64,000 nt of DNA, from assembly GCA_028282585.1 (NCBI GenBank), contig JANQHR010000046.1:1-64000 (forward strand). Direction: 5' to 3'. The stretch's first letter is position 1. The number at the start of each line of letters is the position of its first letter. Positions 23,001-32,166 of the stretch are shown in pieces. Source of the stretch: Bacteroidales bacterium. GTDB taxonomy: Bacteria; Bacteroidota; Bacteroidia; Bacteroidales; UBA12077. Under the pieces are notes generated by a model, which had not been told where the DNA came from, searched no databases, and saw only the letters and a list, made by a program, of their open reading frames with translations. The position numbers were made by a program, and so were the translations under genes.

Positions 23001-23203
23001 ATTAAGGTAGTAACACCCTCTTCCATTTCCTTAGGGGTAGCTCCTTGGTAACTAACCGTTACAGTTATAATCTTGGAGTCTATTATTGGAAATGTGGCTT
23101 TTCTCATAGACAAAAGGGAAATTGTACCAATAAGCAATAGAATTACAATAACTATTTTGCCATAGAAAGGATATTTTACAAATGCTGATAATATCTTTTT
23201 CAT
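20006..23203 (-). CDS. RND efflux permease (AcrB/CzcA family)
   Basis: 1065 aa, GILVDDGVVIGENI, RFRAIQLTTITT, 12-TM pattern. Confidence 0.94.
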   Translation of the reverse strand: MKKILSAFVKYPFYGKIVIVILLLIGTISLLSMRKATFPIIDSKIITVTVSYQGATPKEMEEGVTTLIENEIRGIPGIKEFSSTSSENFTQVLIIGMSNYDMDELLSDVKNVVDGISNFPAGAEQPIVSKNRSKDMALFFTLSAEDNDLLKLNKAANRVEDDLLTSGVISQITMTGIPEILELVVEINETQLRRFNLNFTDISNAISTNNLDIHAGIIKNPREEIKITSRSRSVNPIDIEKIVIKTNSDGRTVNIGDVADVKLQFEETPNGSYVNGNPSVTFMIEKLKTEDLEEISEFVNAYVKNYNAIHESTQIEILMDFLDVVDSQQSILIQNGLLGVILVILMLSLLLNFRLSLWVAWGIPASFLGMFIVAALNGVTINIISLFGMILIIGILVDDGVVIGENIFSHFEMGKSPRRAAIDGTMEVLPAVFTSIATTVIAFTPLLFIEGGLKMMNEMAFVAIACLIFSLVEGIFVLPGHLATPKVLKPTEKKSIYGKLRKKIDRAFMHVRDKVYIPFVSKIIEHKALSLATITAIVILTIGLVVGGKIPFTFFPPEPTDMFSIDVALKPGINEEITKDKLFWIETQVWEVNKELKAEYGDTIDYILATEVTMGNSFGGTESGTNAGMILVFLNQLEDTKVSDQTIKNSILQKTGKIPEAYKYAVGASNQFGAPVSISLLGYNIDELEKAKKQFKEELEKIPSLFNITDNSQIGSQEIQITLKPDAYILGLTQNSLMQQVRNGYFGALAQRIQEGKDEIWIYVRYPKDNRSTMGQLENMMINTPKGQFPLTQLADFSTERSLSKINRYNGKKEIRVDAYLKDESEAVPPILAYIESNILPDILEKHQGVTYTQQGQEKDVAEQMENLAKYFGIAFLIIVLIIMIYFKSFQQGLMILVMIPFGFVGAIWGHGIHGEPISVMSLLGFVTLSGTIINDAIIFLSKYNQNLIRGMSVIEASIDAGKLRFRAIQLTTITTTAGLMPLILERSPDAVFLIPMAIALAYGILFGTTFILLVFPLLIVLVNTFNVKMKRLFKKEEITPESVEVAVINHQIDMSLNEAMDKEF

Positions 23204-23224
23204 GATCTTCTTGTTTTAGTTTAA

Positions 23225-24340
23225 TTAAATTATTGCGTTTACCTTTGTTCCTTCAGGTACGTCAGCAAGAGATTCTGATACAATGATTTCGCCATTGGTA
23301 ATTCCAGAAATGATAAAGTAATCTTCCAGTGAACGCTCAATTACCACAGATTTAAGTGAAAGGGTATTGTTTTTAATTATAAATACCTGATTATCATCTA
23401 ACAAGGCTTCACGGGGTATTTTAATTCCTTCTATTTTTTTATTGTCTGAGAATTTCACATCGATAAATTCACCGATAAAAAAAGCCTGGCTTTCAGATGG
23501 ATAATAATTGACATATATATTTATAGACTGGGTAGATTGATCAACAAAACCAGCTATTCTGGCAACCTTACCTTTTTTTACTGAATCTTCTCCGATCAAA
23601 ATAACTTCATCATCATTTTTTATCCATTTAGCATCTTCGGGTAAAACGGGTACTACAATCTCCATTTTATCGGTTCTAATAATTGAAGCAAGTTCAGCAC
23701 CCATGTTAGCAACTGAACCAATTTCCCTGTTTACGATTTTAAAGCTTCCATTAAATGGGGCATGAATAGTATATTTTTTTAGATTAATTTCCTGTTGTTT
23801 TAATAAATAATACTCTGTTAGCACACCTTTTGATGCAAGATAAATTTGTTCCTGTTCACTATTTATTTGAGGTAATTCAGGCATTTTTTGATCCACCTTT
23901 AAATTATTGAAGAAAGTCTTCCATTTCTCATATTCTTCGGGAAAATCATAATTGATATCAGGCAAAATTGATGAAAGAGTTCGCAGAAAGTTACTTCTAC
24001 CCGACATTAAAGAAGCTTTAACATCATCGCTATATATATGAATAAGTAAATCGTTTTTTTTAAATTCTTGTCCTGCTTTAAATGGAATATCTCCCTGAAT
24101 AATTTTTCCGCTCACCTCAGCAGATAATGAAATGTTTTCAAAAGAATAAACACGGCCTCTGTATTTAATATTGGCTTCGTATTTTGAGTACTCAGCCTTT
24201 TGGGATTTCACATTTAACACATTTTCAGTTTTGTCGTTAGAATTTGGTACAGGTTTATTTTGTATTAACCTGCCAGTGAATAAAACAGAAATCAACAACA
24301 CTGCTATTACCGCAATTGTGTATAAAACTTTTGTTTTCAT
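23225..24340 (-). CDS. RND periplasmic adaptor (membrane fusion protein)
   Basis: N-terminal anchor, AEVSGKI, TIHAPFNG, IPREAL. Confidence 0.9.
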   Translation of the reverse strand: MKTKVLYTIAVIAVLLISVLFTGRLIQNKPVPNSNDKTENVLNVKSQKAEYSKYEANIKYRGRVYSFENISLSAEVSGKIIQGDIPFKAGQEFKKNDLLIHIYSDDVKASLMSGRSNFLRTLSSILPDINYDFPEEYEKWKTFFNNLKVDQKMPELPQINSEQEQIYLASKGVLTEYYLLKQQEINLKKYTIHAPFNGSFKIVNREIGSVANMGAELASIIRTDKMEIVVPVLPEDAKWIKNDDEVILIGEDSVKKGKVARIAGFVDQSTQSINIYVNYYPSESQAFFIGEFIDVKFSDNKKIEGIKIPREALLDDNQVFIIKNNTLSLKSVVIERSLEDYFIISGITNGEIIVSESLADVPEGTKVNAII

Positions 24341-24442
24341 AATAATGAAATTTTAATGATTATAAATTCTTTTTCTACAGGCAATCTTAAATATAACAAC
24401 ATCTGCATCAAAATGATTTGTCAGAGCTTTACTCAAAATTTT

Positions 24443-25714
24443 TTATTCATTATTATAAATTTCAACTTCTTTGAATGTCTGAACAAATCCGTACCAGCGC
24501 ATGAAAATTTGAGTCGGCTTTATACTATCTTTTGGAAAAATTGCTGTTGGGATTAAGATTTCTTCGTCAAATTGAATGCAAATTTCTACACCGTTTATAG
24601 TGTCTAGAATATTCTTTGCAGACTTAATGATAGGTAAAGGATAAAATTTTGCAATGTTAGCATGAACTACACCAAGCCCTAATTCTTTCTCAGGTCTTCT
24701 GTTATCTTCAAATTCAAATGATGCTTTAAAACCGGGAAAGAACTTTCCTTCAGGCACTTTTCGCCAGGTATGTCCGTTTTGCATTTTTGCTACCAGCTTT
24801 TGCCATAAGGTTAATTTGGGAACAGCAATTTGAATGTCATCTGTCGCATCTTTCTCGAAAATTATCTCGTGCGAACCCATATTCTCTAATTTTTCTCCCG
24901 CAAAAAAACCGTGCAAACATTCGCCGGTTATGTGGTCCCAATATGAATTGGTTTGTCTATCGGACATAATCATTGTACCTCTATATACCCCTGAAACATA
25001 AAAGTCTAATTTTGTATTATTAATAACAGGTGTGAAAATCATGCCTGAATTACACACAGGACAGAATGTGATTAGGAATTCTTGCTCATTTAATTTACCC
25101 TGTGCTAAATGATGATAAGCTAAATACCAGAGAGGAACTGCTACTTTTTTCTCTTTCAGGTTTATAAGAAATAGTTCTCTTTCTTCTTTTTTCATGAAAG
25201 CTTCACGAAATTGTTCCAGGTTTATCAAGTTTTTGCTTTCTACTTTGAAAGTGGTATAGAGACGAACAAATTTCTTGTCAGCTACCAGTTCGGGGCGAAA
25301 TCCTTTAATAGATTTTACTGGCAAATCGATATTGGCTTTAAGACTTAACTTATTTTTTTTAAACCATGTGTAGCATGATATCCCTGCTATTACTAATAAT
25401 ATTAACGGTGCAAAAGCTTCTAAAAATAAACCAGAAGACGCATAACTCAGTGCGGATGCTAACAATTCGAAGAAAACACCTGCATAAGCGAATGTTCTTA
25501 AATACCGATTAATTGGTAGAAAAATAAATGTAGCTCCAATAATTTTAGCTACTCCAAGCAAATAGTGAAAATAGTCGGGATAGCCTAACTGTTTAATGGC
25601 ATCTAGCATAAATTCAGCATTATTTAGCGCTCCAACTCCACCAGAGAACATCCATAAAACGGTAATAATAGTTGTAACCCAATAAATAAGTTTTAGTGTT
25701 CGCGAACTTTTCAT
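24443..25714 (-). CDS. DoxX-like membrane domain fused to a DUF3179-like CxxC domain
   Basis: Start probably MKSSRTLKLIYW (25714); LGYPDYF..LLGVAK DoxX-like motif; ITFCPVCNSG and DRQTNSYWDHITGE in the C-terminal domain. Confidence 0.65.
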   Translation of the reverse strand: MKSSRTLKLIYWVTTIITVLWMFSGGVGALNNAEFMLDAIKQLGYPDYFHYLLGVAKIIGATFIFLPINRYLRTFAYAGVFFELLASALSYASSGLFLEAFAPLILLVIAGISCYTWFKKNKLSLKANIDLPVKSIKGFRPELVADKKFVRLYTTFKVESKNLINLEQFREAFMKKEERELFLINLKEKKVAVPLWYLAYHHLAQGKLNEQEFLITFCPVCNSGMIFTPVINNTKLDFYVSGVYRGTMIMSDRQTNSYWDHITGECLHGFFAGEKLENMGSHEIIFEKDATDDIQIAVPKLTLWQKLVAKMQNGHTWRKVPEGKFFPGFKASFEFEDNRRPEKELGLGVVHANIAKFYPLPIIKSAKNILDTINGVEICIQFDEEILIPTAIFPKDSIKPTQIFMRWYGFVQTFKEVEIYNNE

Positions 25715-25742
25715 ATCATTCTTTTTTTGTGAATTTAAATTG

Positions 25743-26255
25743 TTACTGTTTTTTCTTCCATGGTCTAGCAACAGATATGTAGAAAACAAAAAGAATTAAT
25801 ACAATCTGAAATATCATAGAAATTATTAAATGTTGTTCTGTTTTTAAAAAGGTCTCATTATTTAATACATCTAAACCTGATACACTGGCTTTTTTAGCCA
25901 GTTCATCGACCCAAGGTCCAAGGAAGGCGCCACCAAAAATAATGTCCTCGAGATTTATAATATATTTAACCAATATCCATTTTTGCTTAAAAAAACCCCA
26001 ATTGGTAAATATTGAAAACACAAGTCCGCTTACAAAACATCCGAGCACCCCTGGAATTAAAATGATATCATCTATTAATTTAGCAGTTTCATAGATGGCC
26101 CTAATCTCACCATCGCTTTGAGGGTGTCCAATAATTACTCTTAAAAACACTGCTAATGTGCCACCTAACCACAAAGCAGCAAAAATTAAATGAGCAAACT
26201 TTAAAAAGCGATAACCTTTTTTACCTAAAGTAGGTGCTGATAACTTAACTTTCAT
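25743..26255 (-). CDS. DUF2269-like membrane protein
   Basis: HLIFAALWLGG, TNWGFFKQKWILVK, ISVARPW. Confidence 0.65.
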   Translation of the reverse strand: MKVKLSAPTLGKKGYRFLKFAHLIFAALWLGGTLAVFLRVIIGHPQSDGEIRAIYETAKLIDDIILIPGVLGCFVSGLVFSIFTNWGFFKQKWILVKYIINLEDIIFGGAFLGPWVDELAKKASVSGLDVLNNETFLKTEQHLIISMIFQIVLILFVFYISVARPWKKKQ

Positions 26256-26281
26256 ACTTTATTTAATTTAAAATAATAGTA

Positions 26282-26325
26282 CAAAACTACCAGCCTCGAA
26301 TATCAAAACACTTAACTATAGTTAA
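26282..26325 (-). promoter_or_regulatory. -7 element plus a palindromic Crp/Fnr-type operator
   Basis: TAGTTTTG on the minus strand at 26282-26289; palindrome TTAAC-TATA-GTTAA at 26312-26325, just downstream of the Crp/Fnr gene. Confidence 0.6.
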
Positions 26326-26338
26326 CTTTTTTGGTGGA

Positions 26339-26923
26339 TTAACTTTTAGATAGTCTTTTTCTTAATCTACTTAATGATTGCGGTTCAATTTCGAGATAAT
26401 CTGAGATGTATTTTAATGGAATTCTTTGAAATATATGTGGGTGTTTTTCAATAAGAAATTCATATCTATCCTTTGGGCTTCTAATCTTACTTTCAATTAG
26501 CTTGTCAAATAAAGATGAATACATTTTAACGGCACTCATTTCATACCATTGGTTTAATATTGGCATTTTTTTTTGAATAAGTTCAAAATTGTTTTTAGAG
26601 ATCACTAATAGCTCTGAATCTTCAATTGCTTCTATTGTAATTCTGCTTGGTTTATTAGAGTGATAACTTTCAATGTCACCAATCCAAGAACCTTCAAAGG
26701 AGAAGAATATTATGTTTTCTTTACCATTATGGTCGGTAAAATAAGTACGTGTACATCCTCTATTTACGAAACCTTTAATTGCTGCTCGTTTTCCCTGCTC
26801 TATGAAGCAATCCTTTTTTTTCAGAATTAACTTATCCATATTTTGTTTGAAGGTTTGTATCTCAGAATCAGTTAGTCCTAAATAATTTGCTAAAAATGTA
26901 TCTATATTTTGTAAAGTTTCCAA
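26339..26923 (-). CDS. Crp/Fnr-family transcriptional regulator
   Basis: cNMP-binding fold (GCTRTYF, IEAIEDSEL); RIPLKYISDYLEIEPQSLSRLRK HTH; TTG start. Confidence 0.9.
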   Translation of the reverse strand: METLQNIDTFLANYLGLTDSEIQTFKQNMDKLILKKKDCFIEQGKRAAIKGFVNRGCTRTYFTDHNGKENIIFFSFEGSWIGDIESYHSNKPSRITIEAIEDSELLVISKNNFELIQKKMPILNQWYEMSAVKMYSSLFDKLIESKIRSPKDRYEFLIEKHPHIFQRIPLKYISDYLEIEPQSLSRLRKRLSKS

Positions 26924-27118
26924 TTTTCTTAAATCTTGATTAATGTCAATTTTCGTTTATTTAATATTTTATCTTTAATTATCTATCAATTTAATGCAAT
27001 TTTTTTGTTTTTGTCGTAAAATCCTTCAAAATTTTACGTTTTATACGTATGATTTTCCTTCACGTAAGTCTTACTCGTCCTATTTTAAAGCAGTTTGAAC
27101 TGTTTTTATGATAAAAAA

Positions 27119-27861
27119 TTATTCATTTAAACCAAAAAGTTCCGCAACCTTTTGTTTATAGCTTTTTCCAATTGGTAGTCTTACATCTGCTATTTCAATT
27201 ATGTTTCCTTCAAGTAAATTAATTTTCTTTACAGATATGATTTATGAATACGAATAAACTGTTTTTCAGGTAGTTTCTCTTCTAGCTCCTTTAAGGATGC
27301 CAATGCAGTTACATTTTTCCTACCTTCTGAATGAAAAGTAACGTAAGCTTTCTGACCTTCGATATATATTAGATTATCGTAGTTAATTTTATAGTATTTT
27401 CTGTCTGCCCGGATAATAATATATTCGTCATGAAAATCAGTTTGGTTGTAATCTAATTTTGAATCCCTGTTAGCCGCACGGGTAGGTTCTTTTCTTTTTT
27501 TATTTTGAATAACCGAATTTGTTTTGTTAACTGCTTTTAAAAATCTTTCGAACGAAAATGGCTTTAATAGATAATCTGTTATATCTAGCTCGTAACCTTC
27601 CAAAGCGTATTCTTTAAAGGCTGTGGTTAATACAACAATGGGCTTGCGGTTTAAGCTTCGGAGGAAATCCAATCCGGTAATATCTGGCATTTGAATATCA
27701 AGGAACATTAAATCAACTTTTCCTTTTTCAAGCAGTTCGTTGGCCTTTAAAGGCGAATTATAATCGCCAACAAGTTCTAAAAAGGGAATTTTTGCAATGT
27801 ATTCTTTTAAATACTTTCGCGCTAAAGCTTCATCGTCTACTACAACAAATCATATTTTCAT
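27119..27861 (-). pseudogene. LytTR response regulator pseudogene
   Basis: ATG AAA ATA TGA (stop at codon 4, 27850-27852), then FVVVDDEALAR in frame; frameshift near 27235 after HKSY, with ...LPIGKSYKQKVAELFGLNE* in another frame. Confidence 0.85.
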
Positions 27862-28874
27862 GATGTTTTGATAATTAAATTCACTGAAAATATATTTTCA
27901 TTTTCTTCAGTTTTTAACTGAAATATATCTGGATATAAAATCTCCAACCTTTGACGTACATTCTTAATACCCAGGCAATTTACCGGTAATGCTTTTCCTT
28001 GGTGAGGTATTGAATTTATAATTTTAAAATACAATGAATCCCTTTTTGTATTTAAGATAATACTTACTTTGGCATCAACGTATTCTTCTATTTTGCTATA
28101 CTTAAAGCTATTTTCAATAAATGGAATAAAAAGCATTGGAGCAATTTCAATGTCTGATCTCGAATTCGATAAATTGAATTGTATATTTTGCTCGTGTTCT
28201 GATTTCATCTGCTGAAAGGCTATAAAGTTAGAAATGTATTCAACCTCAGCTCCAAGCTTAACATGGTCTTTACTGCAATCATAAAAAACGTACCTCAACA
28301 TTTCCGAGAGCTTTAGCACACTTTCTGTTTCAATGTCTGATTTAGTGTATGTTAATGAGTAAATGTTATTGAGGGCATTAAAAATAAAATGCGGATTTAT
28401 TTGAGCCTTTAGCAATTTAATTTCAGTACCCAGTTTTTCTTCTTTAAGAATCTTCTCACTTTCCGCTTTTCTTTTAAGTTCTAATGTTAAAAGAACAGTT
28501 ATGCTAAAAAAATTAGCTAATATAATCATGGCGAAAGAGCCCATTAAGGGGAAAAAATCTGGTAATTCAACAATATTTAATTTTAACTCTTTAGGTATAA
28601 ATGTTTTCTCAAATAATAAGTGAATAAATGTAAGTATCAGGACTACTATTAAATTTACAATTATAAATTTCTTTCGATTGGTTGTAAAATAAGCAAGGAA
28701 TAATCAGTATTCATTAATTAATAATACCAACAATAGCATTGATGAAGATACAATTGCTCTTGTAATCGAATATTTAATTTCAGAAAAATAACTGTCGGTA
28801 GCAAAAAAGAGTAAGGTAAATGCCAACCATATGATGAATTTAAACCAGTTGTTTAAATATTTTTTCTTAGTCAT
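27858..28874 (-). pseudogene. LytS-type histidine kinase pseudogene
   Basis: Frame open from MTKKKYLNNWFK (28874) with an in-frame TGA at 28704-28706; LKAQINPHFIFNALNNIY retained; G-box looks degenerate (NCLGIKNV). Confidence 0.8.
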
Positions 28875-29014
28875 TGCAATCATTTCTTATCAAAATTAGC
28901 GCCTGAATTAACTCACATCCAAAGATTCTGAACAAACTGAGACATTTCATTAACGAATCTACTGTTTTATCTAATCACTGTTAAATATTACCATTGTTTT
29001 GGCCATAGCACCTT

Positions 29015-29043
29015 TGGTTCAAAAAGGACAGGAGCTGGTTCAA
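29015..29043 (+). promoter_or_regulatory. TGGTTCAA direct repeat with a 21-bp period (LytTR-type site)
   Basis: Exact copies at 29015-29022 and 29036-29043. Confidence 0.5.
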
Positions 29044-29398
29044 TAAATTTTCATAGCGCACTTGTGGTTTACACTTTTGCATTTGCAGTATTTATAAAAT
29101 ACAATACCAGACTTTTTTAAATATGAGGATAGAAACTACTAAACCATGAGATAATGCAATAAAAAACTCCTAACGGGATAATTTTTTTGTACCAGGGGCG
29201 TCCCTCAGCAGCACCTATCTGTAAATATCAGCACCTGGGCAAATGTCTATTTTAAAATTATCACTTGGAATAAGACATTTCGATTAGTCGTTATAACTTA
29301 AAATTTCGTATATTTGACTCAACAAATGCCAAAACTTCGGAAAAAAATATCACACTTTCCTACCCGAAGTAATCCCTTCGAAAAAACAACAAATATTC

Positions 29399-29418
29399 AT
29401 GGTCACAATATGGTCACA
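29399..29418. repeat. Tandem ATGGTCACA repeats (candidate integrase arm-type sites)
   Basis: Copies at 29399-29407 and 29410-29418, about 35 nt from the att-like core. Confidence 0.55.
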
Positions 29419-29450
29419 GAATCTGTAAAGCACTGAAAATCAGAGGTTAA

Positions 29451-29471
29451 TTCGAGACCAATCAGCTCCAC
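29451..29471 (+). other. Degenerate tmRNA 3' fragment (attR-like)
   Basis: TTCGAgaCCaatCAGCTCCAC vs tmRNA TTCGActCCcgcCAGCTCCAC (16/21 identical, same spacing). Confidence 0.6.
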
Positions 29472-29481
29472 TTAAAATAAT

Positions 29482-29512
29482 AAAAAAACACTTCTGTAGA
29501 AGTGTTTTTTTT
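29482..29512. terminator. Bidirectional intrinsic terminator (end of the NRPS cluster; possibly the original ssrA terminator)
   Basis: aaaaaaacacttct-gt-agaagtgttttttt, with A-run and T-run flanks. Confidence 0.85.
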
Positions 29513-29529
29513 ATTATCAAGTAAGAATA

Positions 29530-30216
29530 TTAATTATATTTAAATGTGCTCAATAAGTCTTCTAAGCTTATATATATTGGATTTTTTGGGAAATTATCTT
29601 TTTCACCACATGCAGCTAATTTATATCCTTCTTCTATATTATATTGCTTAAAAAAAATATCATTTAATATCCTCTCTTCAGATTCTATTTTAATTCTATT
29701 TTCTTTCAAGTGCATTGTGAAGCTATCTAAAGGATGTGATAACCCTTTTCCTATAAATTTGATATAGCTCTCTTTTAATGACCACAGTGTAAAGAAATAA
29801 TCAAAAGGGTCATTACTTAACATTAAATCTTCGTGTTCTTTATTCGAAAAGAAGCTTTTGGATATATTAAGATCAACAGTGAAAATTTTCTCGATATCAA
29901 TACCCACAGGGCTTTTATCTATAGCGCAAATAACCCAATCACCTGAGTGAGACAAATTATAATGAAAGTCAGGTAAATTAACACAACGCGGTTTTCCAAA
30001 TTTATTATTAGTAAAGATTATTTTATCATTTCTGATATCAAAATCCTCGATAATCTTTTTTCTTAAAATTAAATCTCCATATAAGCTCCTAAGTAAATCT
30101 TTTCTAAATACGAACTTTTCTAGTCGTTTTCTTTTTTTAGAATCAATTTTAGTTAGAAGCAACTGTACTAACTCTTCATCAATAGCTTCATTAATATTTA
30201 TAGCATATAAATTCAT
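29530..30216 (-). CDS. Sfp-type 4'-phosphopantetheinyl transferase
   Basis: GKP, YNLSHSGDWV, VGIDIE, WSLKESYIK. Confidence 0.95.
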   Translation of the reverse strand: MNLYAININEAIDEELVQLLLTKIDSKKRKRLEKFVFRKDLLRSLYGDLILRKKIIEDFDIRNDKIIFTNNKFGKPRCVNLPDFHYNLSHSGDWVICAIDKSPVGIDIEKIFTVDLNISKSFFSNKEHEDLMLSNDPFDYFFTLWSLKESYIKFIGKGLSHPLDSFTMHLKENRIKIESEERILNDIFFKQYNIEEGYKLAACGEKDNFPKNPIYISLEDLLSTFKYN

Positions 30217-30227
30217 AATGTGCTTTG

Positions 30228-30947
30228 TTAATAGAATATAGGTGCATTTTCTAACTGAAGCTTATTGTTTATAATTTTAATAACATCTTTGTATTTGTTA
30301 TTAATAAAAAAATGACCGCCGTTGTAAAAGTGAATATTACACGTTTTGAATGTATACTTTTTCCAACTATCAATTTGTTCAGGTGTAAGCTCATCATCTT
30401 TACCTAAAAATACAGTTATATCAAAAGGTAAGGCCTTTATATTATCAGTTTTTTTTGATCGTTCAGATAATTTGAAATCATTTTTTAATAAGGGTAGAAA
30501 TACTTCTAATAATTCTGGATGTTCAAAAAACTCTTTAGGAGTACCTCCTAACTTCATTATTTCTTTTTTAAATTCATCATCGGGTAACTTATAATACTCT
30601 TTTTCATCCTTGCCTGAAATATAAGGTGCTCCTCTACCTGAAAAGAATATATGTTTAGGGATAGGCAAACCATCTTTAATAATTTTCTGGGTTAATTCAT
30701 AAGCTATTTTAGCTCCCATACTATGTCCAAAAAAAGCATAATTACTTTCTTTTTCTATTTCATTACTTATCTGGGAATATACATCTTCAATTACCTCACT
30801 AAAATCATTATAAAAGCTTTCATGTATTCTTTTACCTCTACCTGCTAATTCGACAGGAATTAAATCAATGCTTTTGTTCAATAAGGATTTCCAGTTATTA
30901 TATACTGCTGCTGAACCTCCAGCATATGGAAAACAAAATAACTTCAT
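30228..30947 (-). CDS. Type II thioesterase
   Basis: LFCFPYAGGSA, GHSMG, GGHFF. Confidence 0.95.
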   Translation of the reverse strand: MKLFCFPYAGGSAAVYNNWKSLLNKSIDLIPVELAGRGKRIHESFYNDFSEVIEDVYSQISNEIEKESNYAFFGHSMGAKIAYELTQKIIKDGLPIPKHIFFSGRGAPYISGKDEKEYYKLPDDEFKKEIMKLGGTPKEFFEHPELLEVFLPLLKNDFKLSERSKKTDNIKALPFDITVFLGKDDELTPEQIDSWKKYTFKTCNIHFYNGGHFFINNKYKDVIKIINNKLQLENAPIFY

Positions 30948-30960
30948 ACATTATTAAGAT

Positions 30961-31632
30961 TTAAAGTTCAAATATTTTAGATTTGCCCGGCGACAATATT
31001 TCTACTTCCGAATATTTATCCACCTGTTCTTTAAACTCAAAAGGATTTGTTTCAAGAATTGGAATAGTGTTAAAATGGCACGGAATAACAATTTTTGGCT
31101 TAACCTTCTCTACAGCCCATATTGCTTCAGTAACCCCCATCATGTAATTTGAACAAATCGGAATCATCATTATATCAATATTATAAAGTCTTGATAAATA
31201 TTCCATATCGCTATAAAAAGCAGTGTCACCTGTATGATAAAAAGTTACATCATGTAAGTTAACAATAAAACCACAGGGAGATGCAATATTAGATGAATGA
31301 ATAGCTTGCGTAAAAAATACTTTTATGTCATCTATTTGAATTTCTCCGCCAATATTTCCCCCATATGATTTACACGATTTTTTTCTAGCTAATTCTGCCA
31401 ATTCATATACACCAATAAATGCTGCATTAGTATTTTTGCATATTTTTAAAGCATCTTCAAATCCATGATCCTGATGATCATGCGTTACCAAAACAAAATC
31501 AACTTTTTCAATCTCCTTATAACTTTTAAGGGGACTTTTTGGATTACCTTTTACCCAAGGATCAATTAAAAAAGTATATTTAGACGCCTCAATTTTAAAT
31601 GCAGCATGTCCTAACCATGTTATCTTAACCAT
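30961..31632 (-). CDS. Metallo-beta-lactamase-fold hydrolase (UPF0173-like)
   Basis: WLGHA, IDPW, THDHQDH, YHTGDT, IPCHF. Confidence 0.88.
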   Translation of the reverse strand: MVKITWLGHAAFKIEASKYTFLIDPWVKGNPKSPLKSYKEIEKVDFVLVTHDHQDHGFEDALKICKNTNAAFIGVYELAELARKKSCKSYGGNIGGEIQIDDIKVFFTQAIHSSNIASPCGFIVNLHDVTFYHTGDTAFYSDMEYLSRLYNIDIMMIPICSNYMMGVTEAIWAVEKVKPKIVIPCHFNTIPILETNPFEFKEQVDKYSEVEILSPGKSKIFEL

Positions 31633-31649
31633 ATCGATAATATAATTAT

Positions 31650-31681
31650 GTGTAAGAGGTTATTTAAAATACCTCTTACAC
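31650..31681 (-). terminator. Stem-loop after the three small genes
   Basis: gtgtaagaggt...acctcttacac 11-bp stem. Confidence 0.55.
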
Positions 31682-31691
31682 TTTATTAAAA

Positions 31692-32138
31692 CTATACTTT
31701 CGCTTTTGGTGGATTAGCGTATTCTGATTTCATATTTCCATCATCATCATAGGGCCATTCGTAATTGTATTCAGGATATTCGCCATCTTCATTAACTCCA
31801 GGTTTATATTCATTTTTCCATGCTTTTTCTATTTTTTTTCTTTCCTGATCGTTTGTATTCGGAATTAATTCGAAGCACAACATTTGAATCCAAGGGCCTT
31901 GCATGAACTTCTTCAAGCCTTCTCCCTCAGGATTTTCAAACACATTTCGAACAGCTTTTCTTAAATTATCGGTTGAAGTAATAAACCTGGGATGTATTGG
32001 AGTCTCATGAATAATACCAAAAATACCAAACACAGCAGGTTCTTCTGGCAATTCATCAATATTATCTTTTTTATCCAGATTATAATCTTTATGATAAACT
32101 TCTTGTTTAACAACTCTTTCGTTAAATATTGGATTCAT
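31692..32138 (-). CDS. Hypothetical protein, degenerate GIY-YIG-like
   Basis: LPEEPAVFGIF...FITSTDNLRK resembles LPxxPGVY...YIGxTxNLR, with the catalytic tyrosines lost. Confidence 0.45.
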   Translation of the reverse strand: MNPIFNERVVKQEVYHKDYNLDKKDNIDELPEEPAVFGIFGIIHETPIHPRFITSTDNLRKAVRNVFENPEGEGLKKFMQGPWIQMLCFELIPNTNDQERKKIEKAWKNEYKPGVNEDGEYPEYNYEWPYDDDGNMKSEYANPPKAKV

Positions 32139-32166
32139 TGATTTAAATTTAATTGTTATTAATAAT

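Larger units (their letters stand above)
18309..29471. mobile_element. Probable decayed genomic island integrated at the tmRNA 3' end (no integrase retained)
   Basis: TTCGA-N7-CAGCTCCAC at the tmRNA end (18289-18309) recurs at 29451-29471, preceded by tandem ATGGTCACA repeats and followed by a terminator; pseudogenes inside. Confidence 0.6.

Noticed and set aside
27850-28706. Two in-frame TGA codons suggesting recoding (Sec/Trp readthrough)
   Set aside because: TGA is used as a normal stop elsewhere (for example in ATGA overlaps), and the regulator also has a frameshift; pseudogenisation is simpler
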